Shown here: in pieces, positions 1 through 12,709 of the stretch
Position numbering within the stretch: the first letter of the stretch is position 1
Layout: every line of letters starts with the position of its first letter
From: Marsupella aquatica
Lineage: Eukaryota; Plantae; Marchantiophyta
Length of the DNA stretch: 64,000 nucleotides
Assembly: GCA_973895155.1 (NCBI GenBank)
Contig: OZ316894.1
Coordinates: 17,452,563 to 17,516,562 of the forward strand
Reading direction: 5' to 3'
Translations under genes and position numbers: made by a program
The notes under the pieces: generated by a model
What the model saw: the letters and a program-made list of their open reading frames with translations, nothing else
The model's database searches: none
What the model was told of the DNA's origin: nothing

Positions 1-186
1 AGTGAGGGTTCTAGACTTACCACAGATCCTTCCTTCCTTCATATCTACAATGAGAAGCAAGGGTAAAGGACCGATAGGAAAAACCAGTGGTTGCTGACTT
101 AGGAATATTACAAACAATTTTTTTTTACAAAATTCATTATTCTTTGACAATAGTGATGGTTGATAAGAGAAAGGTATAGTTGGAAA

Positions 187-540
187 CCACGTTTAACCTG
201 ACGGGCAAGTTGACGGCTTGTCGGGCACGTAAAACCATCAAATGACGACCAAAAAACATGCAATTTGACGCATATTCCATCTGATTCCCCCGGACTCCCC
301 GAACCCCAGCCCGGCCCACCCGAACCCGGCCCGGACTTCCCCGGACCCCCCAGACCCCGCCCGGACCACGCCAGGACTCCCCTGAACCCCGCCCGGCCGC
401 CCCTGACCCCTGCCGAGACCCTTTTAATACCTGGCCCGACCCTACCACCTGGACCCGAACCCGACTTCAGGTCACCTGGATGACGAAATGATGGATTGTC
501 GGCCTCCAGCGCCCAGTTTGACAGGCAAGGTCAAACCGGG
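187..540. mobile_element. GC-rich MITE (non-autonomous DNA transposon, 8-bp TSD, hAT-like), copy 1
   Basis: Left end is CCACGTTTAACCT. Right end is AGGTCAAACCGGG (revcomp CCCGGTTTGACCT). Flanks GTTGGAAA (179-186) and CTTGGAAA (541-548) form an 8-bp TSD with one mismatch. The interior has CCCGAA/CCCGG repeats. It is homologous, inverted, to 40453-40847. Confidence 0.8.
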
Positions 541-959
541 CTTGGAAACTAGGAGATGAGATCTATGCATGTGAGAACTAAACCAATAGATATAATTAAT
601 GTACAGTTTTCTGAAAATGATAGAACGACGAGTTTCACAAAGAAATTGAAACTTCATTTTCCTGCCTTCAATTTTGAGTTGCACCGGCTTTTTTTAAGGG
701 GATGGGGGGGAACGACGATAGGAAAGCATCTGCGACGTTTAAACACGTGCGAGGCTCTTAGAATCGTCGGTCAAATCTACTCTAAAGGTTCAATGACGAC
801 CACGAGTCCATGACCGTCGTCCACTTTGGATTGATGACAAAAGGTGTGTAGGACGGTTCTCCGCATCGCGTACGGGCCCCATAATCCCATATCATTTTGG
901 ATATTTCCACTTCCAATTCTGTCAGTAGAGTGCCATATTTCTGCCCAATTCTCGCTCGG

Positions 960-3200
960 AATCTCTCAGAAGTGACATGTAAAGGCGTAGAGGTCCAAAG
1001 CAGCTGAGTGTCGGATCACAGGTTTGGATAAATGATGAACTTGGAGGCTGAGAACCACAAACCTCATGGCGACGCCATCCAGAAATTGCAGATAGAAAGG
1101 CGTTCTTTGTCTTGTTCGGCAGTACAGTAATCCTTGCAAGTCACGCAGCAATTTGCTGTTGTTTTTTCGAGGGATCAAACCATCTGGGCCCTCGACTTCT
1201 TAGAGAGGGCTGGCCAGTTCACTTAATTTGCAAGCTGCGTGTGACACGTTGGCACTGACGATTTCCCCATCCTACAATAGCTAGCAGGCTGGTTGCCCAT
1301 GGGCCTGTTCTCTTCCATTGGAACAAGTTTCTATCCTGAAAATGAGACCCACTTCCCGAGGAGATCCGAAGTTCTACGGTTTGGTTCTACATTAAAGCAA
1401 GGCCCACAGGAATTTTGGTCCGGTTCACTATCGTTTGTCATGGAATGGGTACGTGCTCCGTTATTTCAGACTTTGAAATTCCAAATTGCCAGCTTTGGCT
1501 TGTTAAGAGTGCTCTTGTGCGCTTCCACATCTCCATAAGACAAGCAACCCGTTGTTCATTTGGAACTCAGGGTTTCCCCACCGGGAGCTGGATTCCTGAC
1601 TAAACTGATAGTCACATGTGATGATGTGTATTTTCCAACCGGACGAGTAGATATGTGAAACTGGTAAGATGACTAGCTAAGACTATATACTTGCAACAGA
1701 TCTCCAGCAGCATAGGGCATGTAGTAATTTGGAGCACCCAAAAGGGTCTCGTACAACCCTGCAAAGTTTCTGCAAATTATTATGATGTTTTTATATAAAA
1801 TACAGACTGTACACCCAGCAGGAGAACCCAGCAGGAGTAACAGATTAGAATATCTCCCGGACTGTCCCAGAAAAACCACTTGAAGACAACCCTCTCCTGT
1901 TGTTGAAAGGGACTCAGGGGCGGTGACTGCTATGATTGGATTAACAACTGGAACAATGGCAAAGCATTGCTCTCAGCCTGTATCTATAACAACACTGGCA
2001 AAGTCCCAAATAATATTAAGGTGTATACCAGCAGAGGCAGATGTCAATGGCATGTGCATACAGGAACTGCAACGTTTAAACTACAACACGCGCCGGCAAT
2101 ACCACATTCCTGCAAAAAAACACTCAAGAACAAACTGAGCAGTTCAAATCGAACTTACGTTCGAAGACGAGCCTTTATGAAATGCGCCAGATGCTTCTTT
2201 GATCTTTTCCAATAATACATTAGCTTCTGCAGATATCCAAAGAGTCAGACGTCTGCCGCTCATCAGACAGAATAAATTCAATCTGGCTAAGATGAAAGCA
2301 ATAACTTTGCTTACCTGTCCCCCACCACTAACTGTAAACCATTGACTATTCTGTTGTGCGTAGGATAAGGAGGCCGAGGATGCCAACAATTCGCTGTGAC
2401 GTACCGTCATACAGATTCAATCATTCCATTCTTCGAATGGATGTTGAGAAGTTGAGGCACTACAAGGGATCTGACAGGGAATATAATACGAGGGAAAGTT
2501 TGTTGAAGATATGTCCTTGGACTTAAGAGGATTTACTTGATCGGTGCCTTAAAGAATGTGGTACATCTGCAGCAATACAATCCTCCGGCATATTTCCATA
2601 GTCAGCAGTTTGCTTTGATCTCACTGATGTCCACTCTAGGAGATTCCTTATTGAATTTGTTGAGAATGTAAAATATACAGTTCTGACTAAGACTTGAAGA
2701 TACAGTTTGCCAACACACTTGTCTTATCAGTTACTAATTTCGGTGAATAGAGAACAGTGCAGATAACCTCCAGTGAAACCGATCAAGCTTAAATGTCACA
2801 ATTGCTTTGCAATTTTACAGAAAAAGTACATCCCTTTCGAAAATTAGCTGATTCAAAGAAAGATCATACATGTGGTCCAACAAAAACAACGTACTCAACC
2901 TACAAGAAACAATTACGTTATAGCTTACAACCAAAGAGGTCTTGATGAAACCATTTGTTGCATCACCGTGACAAGTTCCTAAGAGTCACTATGTCTGAAC
3001 GTGAAGTGATGTCCTTGCAATTCAACCAAATTTAAGCAGCATCTTCAATTATAACTATTGCAGCGTGAGTAACGATCATTGCTTTCCCACCTCAACATAC
3101 TCAAGAAATAGATGAAGGAATAGGAATCTTCTACTTCGAAGGGATTTCGGATTTGCAGAACTCCTAGCAAAGCCAGAGAGACGACTCGCCTATGACTCGC
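960..3200 (-). pseudogene. Highly degraded LRR-like (possibly NLR) gene relic
   Basis: Minus-strand translations give scattered LRR-like fragments among stops and frameshifts: 'KLLRDLQGLLYC..LQFLD..LDLYAFTCHF*EIPSE', 'NNLQKLC...GCSKLL', 'SIRRME*LNLYDGTS', 'CCLNLVELQG', 'IPSSIS'. There is no continuous ORF and the boundaries are approximate. Confidence 0.35.
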
Positions 3201-3404
3201 CTACAGGTGTAGGGCCAACATGAATCTTGGCCTTCGGAAGAGTTTCTATGAACAATACTAAGCTCCTTTATAGTACAGGTTACCTAATTTTGTATTAGAA
3301 CCAGACTCAGCTTGACTGAACTAGTAGAAGACTGCCACCAGTAAACGGCCCTGCGGTGGCATTCCGATCTGGAAGAACGAACTGCGCATTCGAGCAGGAC
3401 TTGA

Positions 3405-3735
3405 ACCTCACGGTTTTTAAGGGCCAACAAAAACAGAGAATAGGTTCCTCATAACATGATTGGTTTCGTTCATTAGAGGCCGAAACTAGTCGTCGTATTC
3501 CTCATTAGAAGATAGGTTGAGACAAATCCAAATCACCGTCGGCTCTGATGGATGACGAGGAAAACCCTTACCTCCATTAGCACCGAAGAGGCAAACTCGA
3601 TTTTCAGCATTGAAGATGTATAATTTAGTTTGAAGAGTTGGCCAATCCAGGTAGAGTCTCAAGAGGTTATGACATATGATGGGCACTTGCATTCATGTCG
3701 AGGTAATGCAGGAATCTCAACATAGAACATCTGTG
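3405..3735 (-). repeat. Diverged direct duplicate of 4675-5022 (part of the F-box relic)
   Basis: Colinear match by eye from GGTTTTTAAGGGCCAACAAAAACAGAGAA through AGAGTCTCAAGAGGTTATGA to AACATCTGTG in both places. Confidence 0.85.
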
Positions 3736-3743
3736 GGACAACG

Positions 3744-3964
3744 CCCCTCGAACTTTGGAGTATGGCATGACTAACCAGCTGAGTAGCTAGCAAGTCACTT
3801 CAACAAGGATAGGAAACAGCTATAGCCTGCATCGAGGAAATATTTGAAGAATCATATCGTGTGTACCAGGAGTCCAGTCGGATTCCAATTTAGTGATGGT
3901 CTTCGACTCCAACAGATTCTAGTTGGAGGGCAGCTTTTAATTTTAAATTTACAAAACAAGCTGC
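3744..3964 (+). repeat. Inverted copy of the ATL gene 3' flank/UTR (16882-17090)
   Basis: CCCCTCGAACTTTGGAGTAT...AAGTCACTTCA(A/G)CAAGGATAG...GCCTGCATCGAGGA...TTTGAAGAATCATATC(G/A)TGTGTACCAGGA...TTTAGTGATG...TTTAAATTTACAAA matches the reverse complement of 16882-17090. Confidence 0.85.
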
Positions 3965-3965
3965 A

Positions 3966-4335
3966 AACCAGGGAATTGGCCGGATACAGAAGGCATCCAA
4001 TTGGAAAGAGATTTCAGAAGTGTTGCGTCAAAGAACTAGGTTGAAATCATAGAGCTTCCAACCAGTGAAAAGGCCAGATAGAGAACGAGGAATCCATTTC
4101 GCAGCTTCCTTTGTAGAGATCTTCGGTAGTGTTGCGTCCAAGAACTATGTTTGAATCATATATAGAGCTTTAAACCAAGGAATTGGCAAGATAGAGAACG
4201 AGGAATCCAAATGACAGTTTCAGTTGCGTCAGGTAATTACGTCGAAATCATGAGACATTCAAACCAGGAAATCGGCAAGATAGAGACCGGGGAGTCCAAT
4301 TGACACATATTTAGACATTTACAGCTACGTCAGTT
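3966..4335 (+). repeat. Four degenerate tandem units of ~90-115 bp
   Basis: Each unit starts with an AACCAG/AACCAAG-GAA.TGGC.AGATAGAGA..GAGGAATCCA-like string and contains GTTGCGTC...GAAATCAT. Confidence 0.75.
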
Positions 4336-4599
4336 AGTTATGCCGTTATGACGCTAGTTTCGACACAGAGAATTGCCGAGACTGGACAAGGGTTCCCAAT
4401 TCAAGATTTTGGGTGGCGCTCAGTGAAGAGCTATCCAAATATTTGCGTATTCCGAGTTCATGTCCCGCGCACGGTATTCTTTAGTAAAAGGCGAAAGAAT
4501 AGTTCGCACTGTGCTGAACACACGGATGTGAGTACGAGGTTGCGGGAGAGGTTTATGTGGGGATCTCCATGGCACACAAAGATTGCTCTACTTATGGTT

Positions 4600-5260
4600 T
4601 TTCGAGCTAGCATACTGTACTGTCTCGTGCTGAAGATTTAGACTGAACCACAGTGCGATCCGTGGCGAAGGCAGAAACTCAGGGTTTTAACGGCCAACAA
4701 AAAAACAGAGAAAAGGTTCCTCAGAACATGATTGGTTTTCGTTCACGAGAGGCCGAAACTAGTTGTCGCATTCCTCTTTAGAAGGTAGGTTGAGACGAAT
4801 CCAAATCACACTCGGCTCTGATGGATGTCAAGGCCCTCGAGAACCCTAATCTCCAATAGCATCCAAGATGCAAATTAGATTTTCAGCATTCAAGATGTAT
4901 CACGGAGTTCGAGAGATGGTCAATCCACCTAGAGTCTCAAGAGGTTATGATATCGATAGGCGCACTTGCATTCATGTCTAGGTAATCCAGCAATCTCAAC
5001 CTGGGTAGACAAAACATCTGTGTATCCAAAGAGTCAGAAACTCTTCATGTTCTCCACGAGCACGAGGGCAGGCAAAGCTAGGCATGCATGCAATGCTACG
5101 CCACGCTGCTCCACGATTAAACCTTCATTCACAAGGCAGTCATAATTTTTTCAGAACATGAGAACTCTGCCCTTCATTTCGTTCCATACCGGCACTCCAA
5201 TTGCTGTTCGGAAGGAATCCATGGAAAGATACTCGCTAGTAAATTCTTTGGTTCTAACTG
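4600..5260 (-). pseudogene. F-box protein pseudogene relic
   Basis: Minus frame 5260->5151 reads QLEPKNLLASIFPWIPSEQQLECRYGTK*RAEFS. This resembles PEELVGRIISMIPFPHIFKARALSKSWLARFS of the intact F-box gene at 38067-39233. Downstream 'CLPRLRLLDYL' and, in the duplicate, 'KLYIFNAENRV..FPRHP' resemble 'LSRLPSLTFL' and 'LMYVANVLTRSWRKLPPH'. Stops and frameshifts are present. Confidence 0.45.
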
Positions 5261-6271
5261 AATCTCTTATCACTGAATACGTTCGTGGTGGGTGTGTCAT
5301 TAAATCGACACGGTCTGTGTGATATAGAAGGTCCCAATTTCCATGCGGCTGGAAGGCTCATGCATGTTTCCTCGCCCGTTGTTCCAATACCCACGGCTCT
5401 CCCCCAACCACGACTTTTGTCGGGGGAGTGTCTCTTTGTTTAAGGGAATCCTAACTGGTGGTCTGTCTGATCGTGCTTTATATGATCGATGTGTCTGGTA
5501 CGTGTCTTCGTTGTTCAAAGTACAAAACCGAGAGCATGAGGAAGAAACAACTCGTCATTCCTCCGTTTGCCTTTACAGCTGCTACAACAGCTTATCATGT
5601 CCTTCGCCTGGTGTCTGTCTCGTAGCTTCTATCTACAGTTCCGAAGTCAATTAAGACGGTGGACCTCGCGCCACCAGAACTACCACGCACATCCATAAGC
5701 AGCTACTGTATTGGAATGCTTTACTCTACTCATCCCACGCTTTGTGCCTTTTGGGTGGGCTGTCTGACGCCCTCACAAATGTGTAAATCGGAACCAACTG
5801 GAAAGACGTGACTGTCAGCTGAGGGAAATTTCAACTTAGGATTCTGTACAGTGCAAAGTGGGGTTGACTTCTTCGAGAGCTACGTTCGCCTCTTTCTGTA
5901 CAGTACAGTGTCCGTTATAATTTGAAGATAGTTACGTTCACATTTGGAGAGTTTCGTTTGAGCATCTTACTGTCTTTCCGTTTGTGCATCTACCTTCCTG
6001 ACGCGGAAATTCGTATGGTATTGGAAGGATGTACATAGTCGTGCGAACGGGTGAGAATCAAATCCCCAACCGGAACGGAATCTCAATTAAAGATTGCATG
6101 AAAAGCGAACACTGTTTCTCCGGCTAGAAAGATTGCAATGAATTACATTCAAAAGTCCTGTAGAGTTTAACTAGTTGGAGAGCGGATCTGACCTTTTACA
6201 AAGTGGATAAGAGGACTTGATCGGCCACGTCATGTTCGATCGGAAAAATTACTCTTCCTCTAGTGCGCAGC

Positions 6272-6426
6272 AAAATGCAAAGCTACTTTCAAGGGCTACT
6301 GTCTCGAGTGTAAAATGCAAAGCTACTTTCAAGGGCTACTGTCTCGAGTGCAGCCTCTAGACCTTCTAACGAGATCAATAGGACAAAACAGCCTCTAGAC
6401 CTTCTAATGAGATCAATAGGACAAAA
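6272..6426 (+). repeat. Two adjacent short tandem duplications (~39 bp x2 and ~38 bp x2)
   Basis: AAAATGCAAAGCTACTTTCAAGGGCTACTGTCTCGAGTG occurs twice, followed by CAGCCTCTAGACCTTCTAA(C/T)GAGATCAATAGGACAAAA twice. Confidence 0.9.
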
Positions 6427-8689
6427 CTGATAAGTGAAGGTGAACAAAGATTAATGAAACTGGCATTCTGGCTGACATTGACTCTAAATAGGGACAAAAC
6501 TAAGAGTGACTCTCAATAAAGACAAATAAGACAAATAGAAGTGAGGGTGAAAACAAATTTAAAAAGAGGGATGGAGGCAATGATGAGTAACAGCATGGTT
6601 TTGCAATAATGTTTTTTCATCTCTATTTATCACACTAGTCTTCTCAATTGTTTTATTGGCTGAACTTTCAGTTTAGCTCTTTTAGTTCAGTTTTGTGGTG
6701 GGGGACTAAACAATGCTCCAGGCTTTTCTCTAAGCGTACGTTTCTCTGCATATGTCTCCACAAAAATACAGTATATAGTAGACCTGCCAACACTCTTTTT
6801 GGGCATTGCCTTGACACATACCGTACTGCCATTTGACTGTGCACACGAGTGAGCAAAGTGGCAAGCAAAGTGGCAAAAATTCTGCGCATTTGTGTTTCTT
6901 TCTTCCAAATCTTCACTCATCATGAATTCATTTTTTGTGAGTTTATGCACAAAAGGTTTTTGAGCAAAATGTCAAAACACCTCACACTTGAACAATTTGC
7001 GCATATTGTCATCAGAGGCTCTCTTAGGTAGAGAGAAATGTCACAAAATTTGTTCTTATTGGCTCATAAAATCTGAAAAAGCCCCTAAAACACGTAAGAG
7101 CCCAAGATATGTCATGGAAAGTTGGTTTATCAATAAGCCTATTAAATACACTCAAGCGTTATTTGAGAAGTCCCTTTGTACGTCTTGGTTCCAAATTGAA
7201 ATATGACCTGTAAGGGTTGCGGAGGTTTACCCATCATAGGCTTAATTAAACATTTGGGTTGGTACTCTAAAGTTTGAGATTGCTAATTAAGTGACTCGAG
7301 CATTGTCTAGCATTGCAAAAGAACTACAGTAAGTATTGATTATTCGTTTCTCCTTTGTCATGTAATGCAGTCATTGTGTTTTCATTACTTCACTATTCAC
7401 TTTTTAAAGATTCTTCGTTCCTTTTCAACTTAAAAAGTAGTTTAGTCAGGGTTTCCACTCATTGTCCTCTTATTTGCTTACTCTTCACTCTTTTATGAAA
7501 TCACATTTTCTACTTTTCAACTAAGAAAGTTTATGTTTGCCTCTTGTCACTCTAACTTTATTTATTTTGTTCCGTCTTTTGCTCACTTCAAGAATATTAA
7601 AAAATACAAAATGTTTCTCGGAATATCTTTTTACTTGCGCGAAGTAAGATGGCAGTAAGGCATTACACATGTTGTAGACACTATATAGTGTTTCACATAA
7701 GTTGTAGACACTATATAGGGCTGAGGACAAATTATAATACATCGCCTATCCCTTATCAATTACAGTACTTTATTGAATTTATTCTCTCACCATTGGTAGT
7801 GTTTAATGCCTCTATTTAATGTTTGTTTTAATTTTCTTTGTTATAATTTTTCTCTTTTCGCGAAATGGGTCACTTGGAAAGGATGACAACTTTCTAAAAG
7901 AGGCTAAGTAAGAGCTTGTTGTGTTTGTATTCCGCGTTCTTTCTTTTTGTTTGGTAGAAGGGATGGGCATGGACCAGATGCATGATCTTTTTATATTATT
8001 TTCTTTTTTTGGCTGTGGGTAGGGATGGTGTATTAAGGGTATCTTAAAGTAGGGGAGTATTAAAATTAATCCATGGACCCCCATGTTCATCCAAGGAATG
8101 TGTTTGATAAATTGAAATCAATTTTCTACAAGGCGGTAACCGATGGTTTTGAGTCTCCCAGTGATCTTGGTGTATGCTCGTACCAAAGAGAATGCTCGAA
8201 AAGATAAAGGAGATCAATCTGGTTGAGATGATCTCTTTGGTTCATCAAACCAAAGGTCGAATGTGTCAGAATTTTTTGGACGGTTTTTGCTCAAACATTG
8301 GAGAAATCGTGTTTCTATCATTCCTGATTGATTGTGAGTTACGTTGAGATTATCGCCACAAGACAGACTGGAGAACATCACTCAACTGTTGGCTAAAGGG
8401 TGCTTGTCATTTTGGTGGGAAGAATGCACAAAACTGACAAGTCATCACTTCACATACAGAATTTGTAATTTTTTTAATTTAAGAAAGCTATTGTGTGAGG
8501 GGGAGACCAACAATTGTTTCTTTGACACCGAGGCTACATTTGGCGTCAGCCTATGTTCAGAGTGAGCTTCGTTGAAGCCTAGAGGGACGCAAACGTTGCG
8601 GGCAAGCAATGACAACGTAATCAAAGAAATTAATTTGCAGTGGCTAAGTTTGTGACAGTGATGGGATTGTGATGTCTCTTAATAGAGAA

Positions 8690-9080
8690 AATGTTTCCAA
8701 TGAGTCTCAGATTGACAATTTTTGTCAAGTTCCAAATGAGTTTTTGAATATCTTTGTCTTTCCAATGAGTGTGACAATAAATTTTTTTGATCATGAGTTC
8801 ATGAATTCTTTTAGCTTTTCAACATTAAGTCCGACATTGACAAATTTCATGTCAGATTTTGTCACGGTACTAAAGAGATCATGAGATTTTCAATCTCTCT
8901 AGTTTTCTAATGTGTGACATTGGAAGTATTCGTCAAGAATTAAAGAGATCATGAGTAGGTGAATTTCTCTAGCTTTCCAATGAACTTAACATTGATAGAT
9001 TTTGTCAAGTATTAAGGAAATGATGAGTTTTTAATTTTGCTCTAGCTTAGTTTCCAATGAATGTGATTTTGAGAGATTTA
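8690..9080 (+). repeat. Degenerate ~70-75 bp minisatellite; related inverted array at 55360-55570
   Basis: Recurring ATGAGTTT..AATTTCTCTAGCTTTCCAATGA.TGTGACATTG..AGATTTTGTCAAGT.TTAAAGAGATC units. Confidence 0.65.
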
Positions 9081-12000
9081 AAAATAATTTAAAAATACAA
9101 GCATTTTGATATAAAACACTGATATATCATTGACAATCATTAGAATGGTAATTTTATTTTACTAAATGACATCTATTCCTTTCTATTCTGTTTTTTTACG
9201 TTCAATATTTACGGCATGGCGCCCCAAAAATTACACTTCTTTTGCCACAAACAGGAATGTGTCCTTTTGTTACTGTCATAATTAAGATCTTTCCTGTTTG
9301 TGGCTGGTTGTGTTGATGTGGCGCAACCTTGTGGCAAGGAATTTACAAGAGACTTCTCATGGGGGTCCGTAATAAATAAAACCTATACATTTTGATTCTT
9401 TGGCCCAGATGGAGGATTTAGGTTACCTAAAGAGGAGGGATAAAAACTGTACGAGTATTTGTTTTTTAATTGGTGAGAAAGGATTAAAGATACCTTAAAG
9501 GGCAAGATAAAAAAGGTAAGACTATTATTTCTCTTTCATTTTTGAGACATTATATCCTGTGTATTAGTTATTTCAACCATTTAGGGTGGGTAGGATGGAG
9601 GTTTAAGTGTATTTTAAAGGGAAGAATTAAAAAACAAAGAAATAGAAAGATCTTGATTTCTATAAATCTTTGTTCAAAAGAGTCATTGTTTATATCTTGT
9701 TCCTTGGGAAAAGGGGCATACAAATTATTTTTAATAAAGTAAATAATAAAATGAAACAAAATCTTTTGTTCCCTTGTGACTAAACTTCAGCTTTGTGGTG
9801 GGCCCAAAAATGTCTACAAGTTCTGTTATCCGAGTATTTTCTCCACTAAGAATGTTTCTCTAAAGTGCAATTCTGGACTCCTATAATATTTCACAAGCTG
9901 TGCAGAGACCAAAAAGATCCTAATAAAAAGTATTTTGAGAGATGTGTATTGTACATACACATTGTATACCATTCTATAACATCATGATGGCCTGCTTGAG
10001 AAGAGGAATGTAAAATAGAATGAGACGAAAAGAGATAAGGAACATTTCATTTACATGTTTTTATCTAGAGAGGGTTTATTTGATTCCTTTTTTTCCTAAC
10101 CATTTTCTTAAGATAGTCTGGACAGTGGTGAACTAGCAATGTGATTAGACAGTTCTTAAAAGTCTTATTCCTGGCTTGTACTTTTAAGGTTGTTTTAACT
10201 GGAGTAACACAAAAAGGGTTGTGGGGGGGGGGGGGGGGAGCATTTTACTTCTTCAATATCTTTTTTTCATTGGCATGGTTTTTTGTGTGTCTCTTAGGGA
10301 ATAAACATAAGTAAAAATTAAAAGAAAAACGGAAAGGATGATCCATTGCCCACCAACTCCGCATCAAAAGAGTAATCCTTTGTCTCGTCATTGAGTACAA
10401 GTCTCACCCAAGGATCTTTTCTAGAAAGCAAATGACCCTTAAGACTATAAATTTGCTCAACATTGTAGAGCTTTAAGTAGTACAACGACTCTTTTTGTTA
10501 GCACAACCAGGGGCGTAACTACATTCCGGTGGCCCCCTAGGATAAGGTCAGGGTACATTGGCAAGAGTACTTATAGATGGAAAGTATTTCCAATAACTCA
10601 GACCCCAAGCACATGGAAATTAAGTACTTGGGTGTGATCAAATGTCAAATCCCAAGCATCTATCTATGTACACCGAAGATAGATGATCTAACACTTAATA
10701 ATTATTGTGGTTTTCATACGCAAAATAATAGTTATCATCTGCTAACACATGTAAAAGTAGTGTAAATGACTCAGCCTCTGGTCACGGGCCTGGTCTAGAC
10801 TTGTAATATTGTGGTCATTGTTTTGTGCACTTGCACACGGGAAGATGATAACTTGGAAATATTTTACCCAAAACTATGGATTACGCTCTCCGTCCTAGTT
10901 CATGTGTACATTTAGAATATCGTAAACACCTCGAAAATACTTGACGATAATCTCATAATCACTTCTTGTGATAAGAATCTGCGGAGTCACATGTATCCTT
11001 TCGCAATAAGATTTTTGTTCACTTGTAATATTGTGGTCACTCGACACTCGTACATATGGTACAAACGTTGCGACTAGAGTCTAGACTCGACCGTAGCTAC
11101 CTTGATGGCAATCGCACTTCTTCACAACTAAGGACTAAAGGACGTGTTGCCTCATGAAAGCACCGTAGAAATGAATCAATTGAGGCGGGCAGTAGTACCG
11201 TAGGTACCGTGATGGCACTTCCCACCGCAGAAATGAATACACGAAGTGATTGCACAACATTCGCCATAAATTGACCGTACTACACTGAAGAGATAACTCT
11301 GCTTGACAGCTCGAGTGCAAATTTATACTGAATTCAATTCCCGTCGATATCTGATTTCTAAGAGAATTCTTAACTCGTGCGCAATTACAAGGACTAGGCC
11401 TGAGTACAACAACAGGATTCATTGCCAACGACTGTACTGTACTCTCATCGATACCCCAACCTTACTTAGAATTGTTATTGGCTTTGCCCTCCAACACTCA
11501 ATCATACCTTTCTTTCATTCATTCATCCCTAATAAGATGATCGCTGTTTTCGAAAAGAGACCCATAATTGTTTCTCGCGAAGAAGTATGGGCCGATCGAT
11601 CGGAACAAGGCATTGTTCTGATGATGTGACATAATCTCGATTGGACCTTCATAACCTAGATTTGGAGATCGAGACCAGTGACGATGAAGTTCCCGACAAG
11701 ATAGTCCTGGTACTAGTTTGGAAAACTCCGAATGTATAATTGCCTCTCGCGCTCATGCTTTCTCCTCTCGTGACTTGCGAGAATCACGGACCTCGTTGGA
11801 TCTCCTCGTTACTGTTGAACGACGTATCCTTTTCAAGTTTCAGCCCATATGCGGCACTCATTGCACCGTTTCTTTCTACAGCTTGCTTTGCCTTTGAATT
11901 GATTATCTCAAGGGCCTAGGGGTAGTCACTCAGTCTCGCATTGCAACCTCCATTGAAAGGTGACCTTATAGGGGAATGTAAAGCGGGGCTCATCTAGTGT

Positions 12001-12709
12001 ACCGTATCAAGTTCTCTGTTGCATGACTGTAGGCAAACGCAGGGGCTGTGTGATTGCACAAGTTCCCGAGTGCTGTAGCAGCGATTAATGTCAAGGTAGT
12101 CTCGTAGCTGACACATTATACTGCGGAAATTCCGCTTCGGTTAAAGATCTTTGAATACCGTAGCGAGGATCAGGTTCACGTAGAAAATAAGTCACTACGG
12201 TCTAGAATTTCTACTCCTAGTGGCAGAAGAAGATTCGGTGGCTTTTGCCACTCTGTTGGAGATTTTGTAAGTTATTTATTGTAAGATTGAGAGGCTCAAA
12301 GACTAATGAAGATAATTTTGGGTGTCTGAGGTATTTGCTTGATCCACCCCCTGAGGTCTATGAATGGCCCTGATCTGAGATCGAAAGGTAAATCAACGAT
12401 CCAGATTGGGGAAAAGCATCGAGGGGATTGATTAAGCAATTTTGGGTTGACAGTGAAGCGCTTGTCAATAGTTGGAGCTTTGGGTGAAACTGGAGTTAGG
12501 GTGAGTGGGTGTGGGATGGGTAGTGATTCTGGAGGAAAGTTTCTGGGAAGCTCATTTATTGTTGTCCATTGGGCCTTGCCACTCAAGTTGTCTGTTATAA
12601 TGCTACCCACTTTGCACAGAAGATGGAGACAGGAGAGTGTATATATCTTTGAATTTTGAATGCTATCTATGGACTCTCAGATACACAGAAGTGCAAAGTT
12701 TACTTGAGA

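Noticed and set aside
12296-12610. 104-aa minus-strand ORF, possibly LINE-derived
   Set aside because: No diagnostic motif was recognised.
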